A program made the position numbers and the translations under genes. 64,000 nucleotides of DNA from the human T2T-CHM13v2.0 reference genome, Homo sapiens, in assembly GCF_009914755.1 (NCBI RefSeq), contig NC_060947.1; one strand, written 5' to 3'. The notes under the pieces are model-generated. The model saw nothing but the letters and a program-made list of their open reading frames with translations, ran no database searches and was not told the DNA's origin. Shown here piece by piece: positions 52,325 to 64,000 of the stretch (its first letter is position 1; every line of letters begins with the position of its first letter).

Positions 52325-55300
52325 AATACAAACATCACAAAGTAGTTTCCGAGAATGCTTCTGTTTAGTTCTTATGTGAAGATGATCCCGTTTCCAGTGA
52401 AATCTTCAAAGAGGTCCACATATCCCCTTGCAGATTCCAAAGAAAGAGGGTTTCAAAACTGCTCCATCAAAAGGATTGTTCAACTCTGTGAGTTGAATGC
52501 AGTCATCGCAGAAAACTTTCTGAGAATGCTTCTGTCTAGGTTTGAGGTGAAGATATAGACGTTTCAAACGAAGGCTACAAAGTGGTCAAAATATACACTT
52601 GCAGATTCTACTACAAGGGTGATGCAAACCTCAACTATCAAAGGAAGGTTCAACTCTGTGAGTTGAATACAAACATCACAAAGAATGTTCTGAGTTTGCT
52701 TCCGTTCAGTTATGGGAAGTTGATCCCGTTTCCAACGAAATCCTCAGAGAGGTCCAAATATCCCCTTGCAGATTCTACAAAACGTGTGTTTGGAAACTGC
52801 TCCATCATAACGAATGTTCAGCTCTCTGAGTTAAACTCCATCGTCACAAAGAATTTTCTGAGAGTGCTACCGTCTGGTTTTTATATGAAGTTCTTTCCTT
52901 TACTACCACAGGCCTCAAAGTGGTCCAAATCTCCACTTGCAGATTCTACAAAAAGAGTGTTTGCAAAGTGCTCTATCAAAAGGAATGTTCAACTCTGGGA
53001 GTTGAATGCAATCATCACAGAGCAGTTTCTGAGAATGCTTCTATGTCGTTTTTAGGAGAAGATATTTCCTTTTCCAACACAGTCCTCCAAGCCCGCTAAA
53101 GATCCACTTGCACATTGTAGAAAAAGTGTGTCGAAGCTGTGCAATCAAAGGGAAAGTTCAACTCTGTGAGGTGAATGCAAACATCCCAAAGAAGTTTCTG
53201 AGAATGCTTCCGTTTAGCTTTTAGGTGAAGATTATCCCGTTTCCAACGAAATCTTCAAAGAGGTCCAAATATCCCCTTGCGGATCCCACAGAAAGAGTGT
53301 TTCGAAACTGCTGTTTCAAAAGGAATCTTCAACTCTGTGAGTTGAATGCAATCATCACAAAGAAGTTTCTGACAATGCTTCTCTCTCGTCTTTCTGTGAA
53401 GATAAAGGAAAAGGCTTTCAGGCCTTTTCCACCACAGGCCTGAAAGCGCTCCAAATGTCCACTTGCAGATTCTGCCAAAAGAATATTTCAAAACTGCTCT
53501 ATGAGAAGCAATGTTAAACTCTGTGGCTCGAACGCAAACATCACAAAGCAGTTTCTGAGAATGCTTCAGTTTAGTTTTTCTGTGGAAATATTCCCGTTTC
53601 CAAAGAAATCTTCAAAGAGGTCCACGCATCCACTTACAGATTCTACAAAAAGACAGTTTCAAAACTGCTCAATCAAAAGGAGCGTTCAACCGTGTGACTT
53701 GAATGCAATCATCACTCAGAAGTTTCTGAGAATGCTTCTCTTTAGTTTTTACGTGAACATATACCCGTTTCGAACGAAGGCCACCCAGTGGTCCAAATAT
53801 CCACTTGCAGATTCTACAGAAAGAGTGTTTCGAACCTGAACTCTCAAAGGCAGGTTCATCTCTGCGAGTTCAATGCATTCAACATGAAGAACTTTCTCAG
53901 CGTGTTTGTGTTTAGTTATGGGAAATTATTGCCGTTTCCAACGAAATCCTCAGAGAGGTCCAAATATCCACCTGCAGATTCTACCAAAAGTGTATTTGGA
54001 AACTGCTCCATCAAAAGGCATGTTCAGCTCTGTGAGTGAAACTCCATCATCACAAAGAATATTCTGAGAATGCTTCCGTTTGCCTTTTATATGAAGTTCC
54101 TTCCTATACTACCGTAGGCCTCAAAGCAGTCCAAATCTCCATTTGCAGATTCTACAAAAAGAGTGATTCCAATCTGCTCTATCAATAGGATTGTTCAACT
54201 CCATGAGTTGAAGGTCATCCTCACAAAGTCGTTTCTGAGAATGCTTCTATCTAGTTTTTATGTGAAGATATTTCCTTTTCCACCACAGGCCTCAAAGCCC
54301 TCCAAACGTCCACTTGCAGATTCTCGAAAAAGAGTGTTTCATAGCTGCTCTTTCAAAAGGAAAGTTCAACTCTGAGAGTTGAATACAAACATCACAAAGT
54401 AGTTTCCGAGAATGCTTCTGTTTAGTTCTTATGTGAAGATGATCCCGTTTCCAGTGAAATCTTCAAAGAGGTCCACATATCCCCTTGCAGATTCCAAAGA
54501 AAGAGGGTTTCAAAACTGCTCCATCAAAAGGATTGTTCAACTCTGTGAGTTGAATGCAGTCATCGCAGAAAACTTTCTGAGAATGCTTCTGTCTAGGTTT
54601 GTGGTGAAGATATAGACGTTTCAAACGAAGGCTACAAAGTGGTCAAAATATACACTTGCAGATTCTACTACAAGGGTGTTGCAAACCTCAACTATCAAAG
54701 GAAGGTTCAACTCTGTGAGTTGAATACAAACATCACAAAGAATGTTCTGAGTTTGCTTCCGTTCAGTTATGGGAAGTTGATCCCGTTTCCAACGAAATCC
54801 TCAGAGAGGTCCAAATATCCCCTTGCAGATCCTACAAAACGTGTGTTTGGAAACTGCTCCATCATAACGAATGTTCAGCTCTCTGAGTTAAACTCCATCG
54901 TCACAAAGAATTTTCTGAGAGTGCTACCGTCTGGTTTTTATATGAAGTTCTTTCCTTTACTACCACAGGCCTCAAAGCGGTCCAAATCTCCACTGGCAGA
55001 TTCTACAAAAAGAGTGTTTGCAAACTGCTCTATCAAAAGGAATGTTCAACTCTGGGAGTTTAATGCAATCATCACAGAGCAGTTTCTGAGAATGCTTCTA
55101 TGTCGTTTTTAGGAGAAGATATTTCCTTTTCCAACACAGTCCTCCAAGCCCGCTAAATATCCACTTGCACATTGTAGAAAAAGTGTGTCGAAGCTGCGCT
55201 ATCAAAGGGAAAGTTCAACTCTGTGAGGTGAATGCAAACATCCCAAAGAAGTTTCTGAGAATGCTTCCGTTTAGCTTTTAGGTGAAGATTATCCCGTTTC

Positions 55301-58300
55301 CAACGAAATCTTCAAAGAGGTCCAAATATCCCCTTGCGGATCCCACAGAAAGAGTGTTTCGAAACTGCTGTTTCAAAAGGAATCTTCAACTCTGTGAGTT
55401 GAATGCAGTCATCACAAAGAAGTTTCTGACAATGCTTCTCTCTCGTCTTTCTGTGAAGATAAAGGAAAAGGCTTTCAGGCCTTTTCCACCACAGGCCTGA
55501 AAGCGCTCCAAATGTCCACTTGCAGATTCTGCCAAAAGAATATTTCAAAACTGCTCTATGAAAAGCAATGTTAAACTCTGTGGCTCGAACACAAACATCA
55601 CAAAGCAGTTTCTGAGAATGCTTCAGTTTAGTTTTTCTGTGGAAATATTCCCGTTTCGAAAGAAATCTTCAAAGAGGTCCACGCATCCACTTACAGATTC
55701 TACAAAAAGACAGTTTCAAAACTGCTCAATCAAAAGGAGGGTTCAACCGTGTGACTTGAATGCAATCATCACTCAGAAGTTTCTGAGAATGCTTCTCTTT
55801 AGTTTTTACGTGAACATATACCCGTTTCGAACGAAGGCCACCCAGTGGTCCAAATATCCACTTGCAGATTCTACAGAAAGAGTGTTTCGAACCTGAACTC
55901 TCAAAGGCAGGTTCATCTCTGCGAGTTCAATGCATTCAACATGAAGAACTTTCTCAGCGTGTTTGTGTTTAGTTATGGGAAATTATTGCCGTTTCCAACG
56001 AAATCCTCAGAGAGGTCCAAATATCCACCTGCAGATTCTACCAAAAGTGTATTTGGAAACTGCTCCATCAAAAGGCATGTTCAGCTCTGTGAGTGAAACT
56101 CCATCATCACAAAGAATATTCTGAGAATGCTTCCGTTTGCCTTTTATATGAAGTTCCTTCCTATACTACCGTAGGCCTCAAAGCAGTCCAAATCTCCATT
56201 TGCAGATTCTACAAAAAGAGTGATTCCAATCTGCTCTATCAATAGGATTGTTCAACTCCATGAGTTGAATGCCATCCTCACAAAGTCGTTTCTGAGAATG
56301 CTTCTATCTAGTTTTTATGTGAAGATATTTCCTTTTCCACCACAGGCCTCAAAGCCCTCCAAACGTCCACTTGCAGATTCTCGAAAAAGAGTGTTTCATA
56401 GCTGCTCTTTCACAAGGAAAGTTCAACTCTGGGAGTTGAATACAAACATCACAAAGTAGTTTCCGAGAATGCTTCTGTTTAGTTCTTATGTGAAGATGAT
56501 CCCGTTTCCAGTGAAATCTTCAAAGAGGTCCACATATCCCCTTGCAGATTCCAAAGAAAGAGGGTTTCAAAACTGCTCCATCAAAAGGATTGTTCAACTC
56601 TGTGAGTTGAATGCAGTCATCGCAGAAAACTTTCTGAGAATGCTTCTGTCTAGGTTTGAGGTGAAGATATAGACGTTTCAAACGAAGGCTACAAAGTGGT
56701 CAAAATATACACTTGCAGATTCTACTACAAGGGTGATGCAAACCTCAACTATCAAAGGAAGGTTCAACTCTGTGAGTTGAATACAAACATCACAAAGAAT
56801 GTTCTGAGTTTGCTTCCGTTCAGTTATGGGAAGTTGATCCCGTTTCCAACGAAATCCTCAGAGAGGTCCAAATATCCCCTTGCAGATTCTACAAAACGTG
56901 TGTTTGGAAACTGCTCCATCATAACGAATGTTCAGCTCTCTGAGTTAAACTCCATCGTCACAAAGAATTTTCTGAGAGTGCTACCGTCTGGTTTTTATAT
57001 GAAGTTCTTTCCTTTACTACCACAGGCCTCAAAGCGGTCCAAATCTCCACTTGCAGATTCTACAAAAAGAGTGTTTGCAAAGTGCTCTATCAAAAGGAAT
57101 GTTCAACTCTGGGAGTTGAATGCAATCATCACAGAGCAGTTTCTGAGAATGCTTCTATGTCGTTTTTAGGAGAAGATATTTCCTTTTCCAACACAGTCCT
57201 CCAAGCCCGCTAAAGATCCACTTGCACATTGTAGAAAAAGTGTGTCGAAGCTGTGCAATCAAAGGGAAAGTTCAACTCTGTGAGGTGAATGCAAACATCC
57301 CAAAGAAGTTTCTGAGAATGCTTCCGTTTAGCTTTTAGGTGAAGATTATCCCGTTTCCAACGAAATCTTCAAAGAGGTCCAAATATCCCCTTGCGGATCC
57401 CACAGAAAGAGTGTTTCGAAACTGCTGTTTCAAAAGGAATCTTCAACTCTGTGAGTTGAATGCAATCATCACAAAGAAGTTTCTGACAATGCTTCTCTCT
57501 CGTCTTTCTGTGAAGATAAAGGAAAAGGCTTTCAGGCCTTTTCCACCACAGGCCTGAAAGCGCTCCAAATGTCCACTTGCAGATTCTGCCAAAAGAATAT
57601 TTCAAAACTGCTCTATGAGAAGCAATGTTAAACTCTGTGGCTCGAACGCAAACATCACAAAGCAGTTTCTGAGAATGCTTCAGTTTAGTTTTTCTGTGGA
57701 AATATTCCCGTTTCCAAAGAAATCTTCAAAGAGGTCCACGCATCCACTTACAGATTCTACAAAAAGACAGTTTCAAAACTGCTCAATCAAAAGGAGCGTT
57801 CAACCGTGTGACTTGAATGCAATCATCACTCAGAAGTTTCTGAGAATGCTTCTCTTTAGTTTTTACGTGAACATATACCCGTTTCGAACGAAGGCCACCC
57901 AGTGGTCCAAATATCCACTTGCAGATTCTACAGAAAGAGTGTTTCGAACCTGAACTCTCAAAGGCAGGTTCATCTCTGCGAGTTCAATGCATTCAACATG
58001 AAGAACTTTCTCAGCGTGTTTGTGTTTAGTTATGGGAAATTATTGCCGTTTCCAACGAAATCCTCAGAGAGGTCCAAATATCCACCTGCAGATTCTACCA
58101 AAAGTGTATTTGGAAACTGCTCCATCAAAAGGCATGTTCAGCTCTGTGAGTGAAACTCCATCATCACAAAGAATATTCTGAGAATGCTTCCGTTTGCCTT
58201 TTATATGAAGTTCCTTCCTATACTACCGTAGGCCTCAAAGCAGTCCAAATCTCCATTTGCAGATTCTACAAAAAGAGTGATTCCAATCTGCTCTATCAAT

Positions 58301-60845
58301 AGGATTGTTCAACTCCATGAGTTGAAGGTCATCCTCACAAAGTCGTTTCTGAGAATGCTTCTATCTAGTTTTTATGTGAAGATATTTCCTTTTCCACCAC
58401 AGGCCTCAAAGCCCTCCAAACGTCCACTTGCAGATTCTCGAAAAAGAGTGTTTCATAGCTGCTCTTTCAAAAGGAAAGTTCAACTCTGAGAGTTGAATAC
58501 AAACATCACAAAGTAGTTTCCGAGAATGCTTCTGTTTAGTTCTTATGTGAAGATGATCCCGTTTCCAGTGAAATCTTCAAAGAGGTCCACATATCCCCTT
58601 GCAGATTCCAAAGAAAGAGGGTTTCAAAACTGCTCCATCAAAAGGATTGTTCAACTCTGTGAGTTGAATGCAGTCATCGCAGAAAACTTTCTGAGAATGC
58701 TTCTGTCTAGGTTTGTGGTGAAGATATAGACGTTTCAAACGAAGACTACAAAGTGGTCAAAATATACACTTGCAGATTCTACTACAAGGGTGTTGCAAAC
58801 CTCAACTATCAAAGGAAGGTTCAACTCTGTGAGTTGAATACAAACATCACAAAGAATGTTCTGAGTTTGCTTCCGTTCAGTTATGGGAAGTTGATCCCGT
58901 TTCCAACGAAATCCTCAGAGAGGTCCAAATATCCCCTTGCAGATCCTACAAAACGTGTGTTTGGAAACTGCTCCATCATAACGAATGTTCAGCTCTCTGA
59001 GTTAAACTCCATCGTCACAAAGAATTTTCTGAGAGTGCTACCGTCTGGTTTTTATATGAAGTTCTTTCCTTTACTACCACAGGCCTCAAAGCGGTCCAAA
59101 TCTCCACTGGCAGATTCTACAAAAAGAGTGTTTGCAAACTGCTCTATCAAAAGGAATGTTCAACTCTGGGAGTTTAATGCAATCATCACAGAGCAGTTTC
59201 TGAGAATGCTTCTATGTCGTTTTTAGGAGAAGATATTTCCTTTTCCAACACAGTCCTCCAAGCCCGCTAAATATCCACTTGCACATTGTAGAAAAAGTGT
59301 GTCGAAGCTGCGCTATCAAAGGGAAAGTTCAACTCTGTGAGGTGAATGCAAACATCCCAAAGAAGTTTCTGAGAATGCTTCCGTTTAGCTTTTAGGTGAA
59401 GATTATCCCGTTTCCAACGAAATCTTCAAAGAGGTCAAAATATCCCCTTGCGGATCCCACAGAAAGAGTGTTTCGAAACTGCTGTTTCAAAAGGAATCTT
59501 CAACTCTGTGAGTTGAATGCAGTCATCACAAAGAAGTTTCTGACAATGCTTCTCTCTCGTCTTTCTGTGAAGATAAAGGAAAAGGCTTTCAGGCCTTTTC
59601 CACCACAGGCCTGAAAGCGCTCCAAATGTCCACTTGCAGATTCTGCCAAAAGAATATTTCAAAACTGCTCTATGAAAAGCAATGTTAAACTCTGTGGCTC
59701 GAACACAAACATCACAAAGCAGTTTCTGAGAATGCTTCAGTTTAGTTTTTCTGTGGAAATATTCCCGTTTCGAAAGAAATCTTCAAAGAGGTCCACGCAT
59801 CCACTTACAGATTCTACAAAAAGACAGTTTCAAAACTGCTCAATCAAAAGGAGGGTTCAACCGTGTGACTTGAATGCAATCATCACTCAGAAGTTTCTGA
59901 GAATGCTTCTCTTTAGTTTTTACGTGAACATATACCCGTTTCGAACGAAGGCCACCCAGTGGTCCAAATATCCACTTGCAGATTCTACAGAAAGAGTGTT
60001 TCGAACCTGAACTCTCAAAGGCAGGTTCATCTCTGCGAGTTCAATGCATTCAACATGAAGAACTTTCTCAGCGTGTTTGTGTTTAGTTATGGGAAATTAT
60101 TGCCGTTTCCAACGAAATCCTCAGAGAGGTCCAAATATCCACCTGCAGATTCTACCAAAAGTGTATTTGGAAACTGCTCCATCAAAAGGCATGTTCAGCT
60201 CTGTGAGTGAAACTCCATCATCACAAAGAATATTCTGAGAATGCTTCCGTTTGCCTTTTATATGAAGTTCCTTCCTATACTACCGTAGGCCTCAAAGCAG
60301 TCCAAATCTCCATTTGCAGATTCTACAAAAAGAGTGATTCCAATCTGCTCTATCAATAGGATTGTTCAACTCCATGAGTTGAATGCCATCCTCACAAAGT
60401 CGTTTCTGAGAATGCTTCTATCTAGTTTTTATGTGAAGATATTTCCTTTTCCACCACAGGCCTCAAAGCCCTCCAAACGTCCACTTGCAGATTCTCGAAA
60501 AAGAGTGTTTCATAGCTGCTCTTTCACAAGGAAAGTTCAACTCTGGGAGTTGAATACAAACATCACAAAGTAGTTTCCGAGAATGCTTCTGTTTAGTTCT
60601 TATGTGAAGATGATCCCGTTTCCAGTGAAATCTTCAAAGAGGTCCACATATCCCCTTGCAGATTCCAAAGAAAGAGGGTTTCAAAACTGCTCCATCAAAA
60701 GGATTGTTCAACTCTGTGAGTTGAATGCAGTCATCGCAGAAAACTTTCTGAGAATGCTTCTGTCTAGGTTTGAGGTGAAGATATAGACGTTTCAAACGAA
60801 GGCTACAAAGTGGTCAAAATATACACTTGCAGATTCTACTACAAG
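52325..60845. repeat. Tandem duplication of a 2-HOR block (period 4114 bp)
   Basis: Private variants recur at +4114: ATGAGAAGC 53501/57615, GAAGGTCATCC 54210/58324, TTTGTGGTG, GATCCTAC, CACTGGCAG, TTCACAAGG. Confidence 0.9.
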
Positions 60846-63800
60846 GGTGTTGCAAACTTCAACTATCAAAGGAAGTTTCAACTCTGTGAGTTGAATACAA
60901 ACATCACAAAGAATGTTCTGAGTTTGCTTCCGTTCAGTTATGGGAAGTTGATCCCGTTTCCAACGAAATCCTCAGAGAGGTCCAAATATCCCCTTGCAGA
61001 TTCTACAAAACGTGTGTTTGGAAACTGCTCCATCATAACGAATGTTCAGCTCTCTGAGTTAAACTCCATCGTCACAAAGAATTTTCTGAGAGTGCTACCG
61101 TCTGGTTTTTATATGAAGTTCTTTCCTTTACTACCACAGGCCTCAAAGCGGTCCAAATCTCCACTTGCAGATTCTACAAAAACAGTGTTTGCAAACTGCT
61201 CTATCAAAAGGAATGTTCAACTCTGGGAGTTGAATGCAATCATCACAGAGCAGTTTCTGAGAATGCTTCTATGTCGTTTTTAGGAGAAGATATTTCCTTT
61301 TCCAACACAGTCCTCCAAGCCCGCTAAAGGTCCACTTGCACACTTTAGAAAAAGTGTGTCGAAGCTGCGCTATCAAAGGGAAAGTTCAACTCTGTGAGGT
61401 GAATGCAAACATCCCAAAGAAGTTTCTGAGAATGCTTCCGTTTAGCTTTTAGGTGAAGATTATCCCGTTTCCAACGAAACCTTCAAAGAGGTCCAAATAT
61501 CCCCTTGCGGATTCCACAGAAAGAGTGTTTTGAAACTGCTGTTTCAAAAGGAATCTTCAACTCTGTGAGTTGAATGCAATCATCACAAAGAAGTTTCTGA
61601 CAATGCTTCTCTCTCGTCTTTCTGTGAAGATAAAGGAAAAGGCTTTCAGGCCTTTTCCACCACAGGCCTGAAAGCGCTCCAAATGTCCACTTGCAGATTC
61701 TGCCAAAAGAATAGTTCAAAACTGCTCTATGAAAAGCAATGTTAAACTCTGTGGCTCGAACACAAACATCACAAAGCAGTTTCTGAGAATGCTTCAGTTT
61801 AGTTTTTCTGTGGAAATATTCCCGTTTCGAAAGAAATCTTCAAAGAGGTCCACGCATCCACTTACAGATTCTACAAAAAGACAGTTTCAAAACTGCTCAA
61901 TCAAAAGGAGGGTTCAACCGTGTGACTTGAATGCAATCATCACTCAGAAGTTTCTGAGAATGCTTCTCTTTAGTTTTTACGTGAACATATACCCGTTTCG
62001 AACGAAGGCCACACAGTGGTCCAAATATCCACTTGCAGATTCTACAGAAAGAGTGTTTCGAACCTGAACTCTCAAAGGCAGGTTCATCTCTGCGAGTTCA
62101 ATGCATTCAACATGAAGAACTTTCTCAGCGTGTTTGTGTTTAGTTATGGGAAATTATTCCCGTTTCCAACGAAATCCTCAGAGAGGTCCAAATATCCACC
62201 TGCAGATTCTACCAAAAGTGTATTTGGAAACTGCTCCATCAAAAGGCATGTTCAGCTCTGTGAGTGAAACTCCATCATCACAAAGAATATTCTGAGAATG
62301 CTTCCGTTTGCCTTTTATATGAAGTTCCTTCCTATACTACCGTAGGCCTGAAAGCAGTCCAAATCTCCATTTGCAGATTCTACAAAAAGAGTGATTCCAA
62401 TCTGCTCTATCAATAGGATTGTTCAACTCCATGATTTGAATGCCATCCTCACAAAGTCGTTTGTGAGAATGCTTCTATCTAGTTTTTATGTGAAGATATT
62501 TCCTTTTCCACCACAGGCCTCAAAGCCCTCCAAACGTCCACTTGCAGATTCTCGAAAAAGAGTGTTTCATAGCTGCTCTTTCAAAAGGAAAGTTCAACTC
62601 TGGGAGTTGAATACAAACCTCACAAAGTAGTTTCCGAGAATGCTTCTGTTTAGTTCTTATGTGAAGATGATCCCGTTTCCAGTGAAATCTTCAAAGAGGT
62701 CCACATATCCCCTTGCAGATTCCAAAGAAAGAGGGTTTCAAAACTGCTCCATCAAAAGGATTGTTCAACTCTGTGAGTTGAATGCAGTCATCGCAGAAAA
62801 CTTTCTGAGAATGCTTCTGTCTAGGTTTGAGGTGAAGATATAGACGTTTCAAACGAAGGCTACAAAGTGGTCAAAATATACACTTGCAGATTCTACTACA
62901 AGGGTGTTGCAAACTTCAACTATCAAAGGAAGGTTCAACTCTGTGAGTTGAATACAAACATCACAAAGAATGTTCTGAGTTTGCTTCCGTTCAGTTATGG
63001 GAAGTTGATCCCGTTTCCAACGAAATCCTCAGAGAGGTCCAAATATCCCCTTGCAGATTCTACGAAACGTGTGTTTGGAAACTGCTCCATCATAACGAAT
63101 GTTCAGCTCTCTGAGTTAAACTCCATCGTCACAAAGAATTTTCTGAGAGTGCTACCGTCTGGTTTTTATATGAAGTTCTTTCCTTTACTACCACAGGCCT
63201 CAAAGCGGTCCAAATCTCCACTTGCAGATTCTACAAAAACAGTGTTTGCAAACTGCTCTATCAAAAGGAATGTTCAACTCTGGGAGTTGAATGCAATCAT
63301 CACAGAGCAGTTTCTGAGAATGCTTCTATGTCGTTTTTAGGAGAAGATATTTCCTTTTCCAACACAGTCCTCCAAGCCCGCTAAATGTCCACTTGCACAC
63401 TTTAGAAAAAGTGTGTCGAAGCTGCGCTATCAAAGGGAAAGTTCAACTCTGTGAGGTGAATGCAAACATCCCAAAGAAGTTTCTGAGAATGCTTCCGTTT
63501 AGCTTTTAGGTGAAGATTATCCCGTTTCCAACGAAACCTTCAAAGAGGTCCAAATATCCCCTTGCGGATCCCACAGAAAGAGTGTTTCGAAACTGCTGTT
63601 TCAAAAGGAATCTTCAACTCTGTGAGTTGAATGCAATCATCACAAAGAAGTTTCTGACAATGCTTCTCTCTCGTCTTTCTGTGAAGATAAAGGAAAAGGC
63701 TTTCAGGCCTTTTCCACCACAGGCCTGAAAGCGCTCCAAATGTCCACTTGCAGATTCTGCCAAAAGAATATTTCAAAACTGCTCTATGAAAAGCAATGTT

Positions 63801-64000
63801 AAACTCTGTGGCTCGAACACAAACATCACAAAGCGGTTTCTGAGAATGCTTCAGTTTAGTTTTTCTGTGGAAATATTCCCGTTTCGAAAGAAATCTTCAA
63901 AGAGGTCCACGTATCCACTTACAGATTCTACAAAAAGACAGTTTCAAAACTGCTCAATCAAAAGGAGGGTTCAACCGTGTGACTTCAATGCAATCATCAC

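Larger units (their letters stand above)
1..64000 (-). repeat. DXZ1: Alpha-satellite higher-order repeat array, 12-mer (~2057 bp), most likely human chrX DXZ1; about 31.1 copies, continuing past both window ends
   Basis: Seen: alphoid motifs (CCACTTGCAGATTCTAC, GTTCAACTCTGTGAGTTGAATGC, TTTCTGAGAATGCTTC) recur every ~171 bp, and near-identical sequence recurs every 2055-2057 bp. There is one GGATCC (1864) and one CTGCAG (499) per unit. CENP-B boxes read YTTCGTTGGAARCGGGA on the minus strand. Established: DXZ1 is a 2.0-kb BamHI-defined 12-mer of suprachromosomal family 3. Confidence 0.96.

Noticed and set aside
28-63776. Roughly 230 short ORFs (65-157 aa) recurring every ~2057 bp, which superficially resemble a repeated operon
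   Set aside because: They are translations of alpha satellite. 171 bp is a multiple of 3, so the same pseudo-motifs (PLADSTKRVF, VQLCELN) recur. The ORFs overlap in different frames, are freely broken by stops and frameshifts, and resemble no protein family I recognise.
1-64000. CRISPR-like or other repeat-spacer system (conserved motifs separated by variable sequence)
   Set aside because: The intervening sequences are homologous monomer parts, not unique spacers, and there are no cas genes or leader.
1-64000. Transposon insertion, inversion or truncated HOR
   Set aside because: Anchor spacing never leaves 2055-2057 bp and the orientation is constant, leaving no room for an insertion or a monomer deletion.
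1-64000. A previously undescribed gene-based biological system
   Set aside because: Nothing in the sequence supports one. The window is a well-known centromeric satellite, and whether it lies in the kinetochore-forming region cannot be read from sequence alone.

Overview
The whole 64 kb window is one uninterrupted, single-orientation centromeric alpha-satellite array. It holds about 31.1 tandem copies of a ~2057-bp higher-order repeat (HOR) made of twelve ~171-bp monomers. The 12-mer size, the single BamHI and PstI site per unit, the pentamer-pentamer-dimer monomer pattern (suprachromosomal family 3) and the CENP-B boxes all match the human X centromere array DXZ1. I see no genes, RNA genes, CRISPR arrays or transposons. 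All listed ORFs are chance products of the repeat, and I found no new gene-based system. The informative signal is in the variants between copies: tandem duplications of 1, 2 and 3 HORs, a haplotype-domain switch near 30-32 kb, mosaic copies sharing variants over long distances, and clonally expanded CENP-B-box knockouts. One monomer also carries a fixed 15-bp expansion made of inverted copies of adjacent sequence, giving two overlapping hairpins once per HOR. All comparisons were made by eye, so variant counts are approximate. Copies are numbered by the recurring ATGAAAAGCAATG anchor: 28, 2084, 4140, 6197, 8253, 10310, 12365, 14421, 16478, 18533, 20590, 22647, 24704, 26761, 28818, 30874, then every 2057 bp to 63786.
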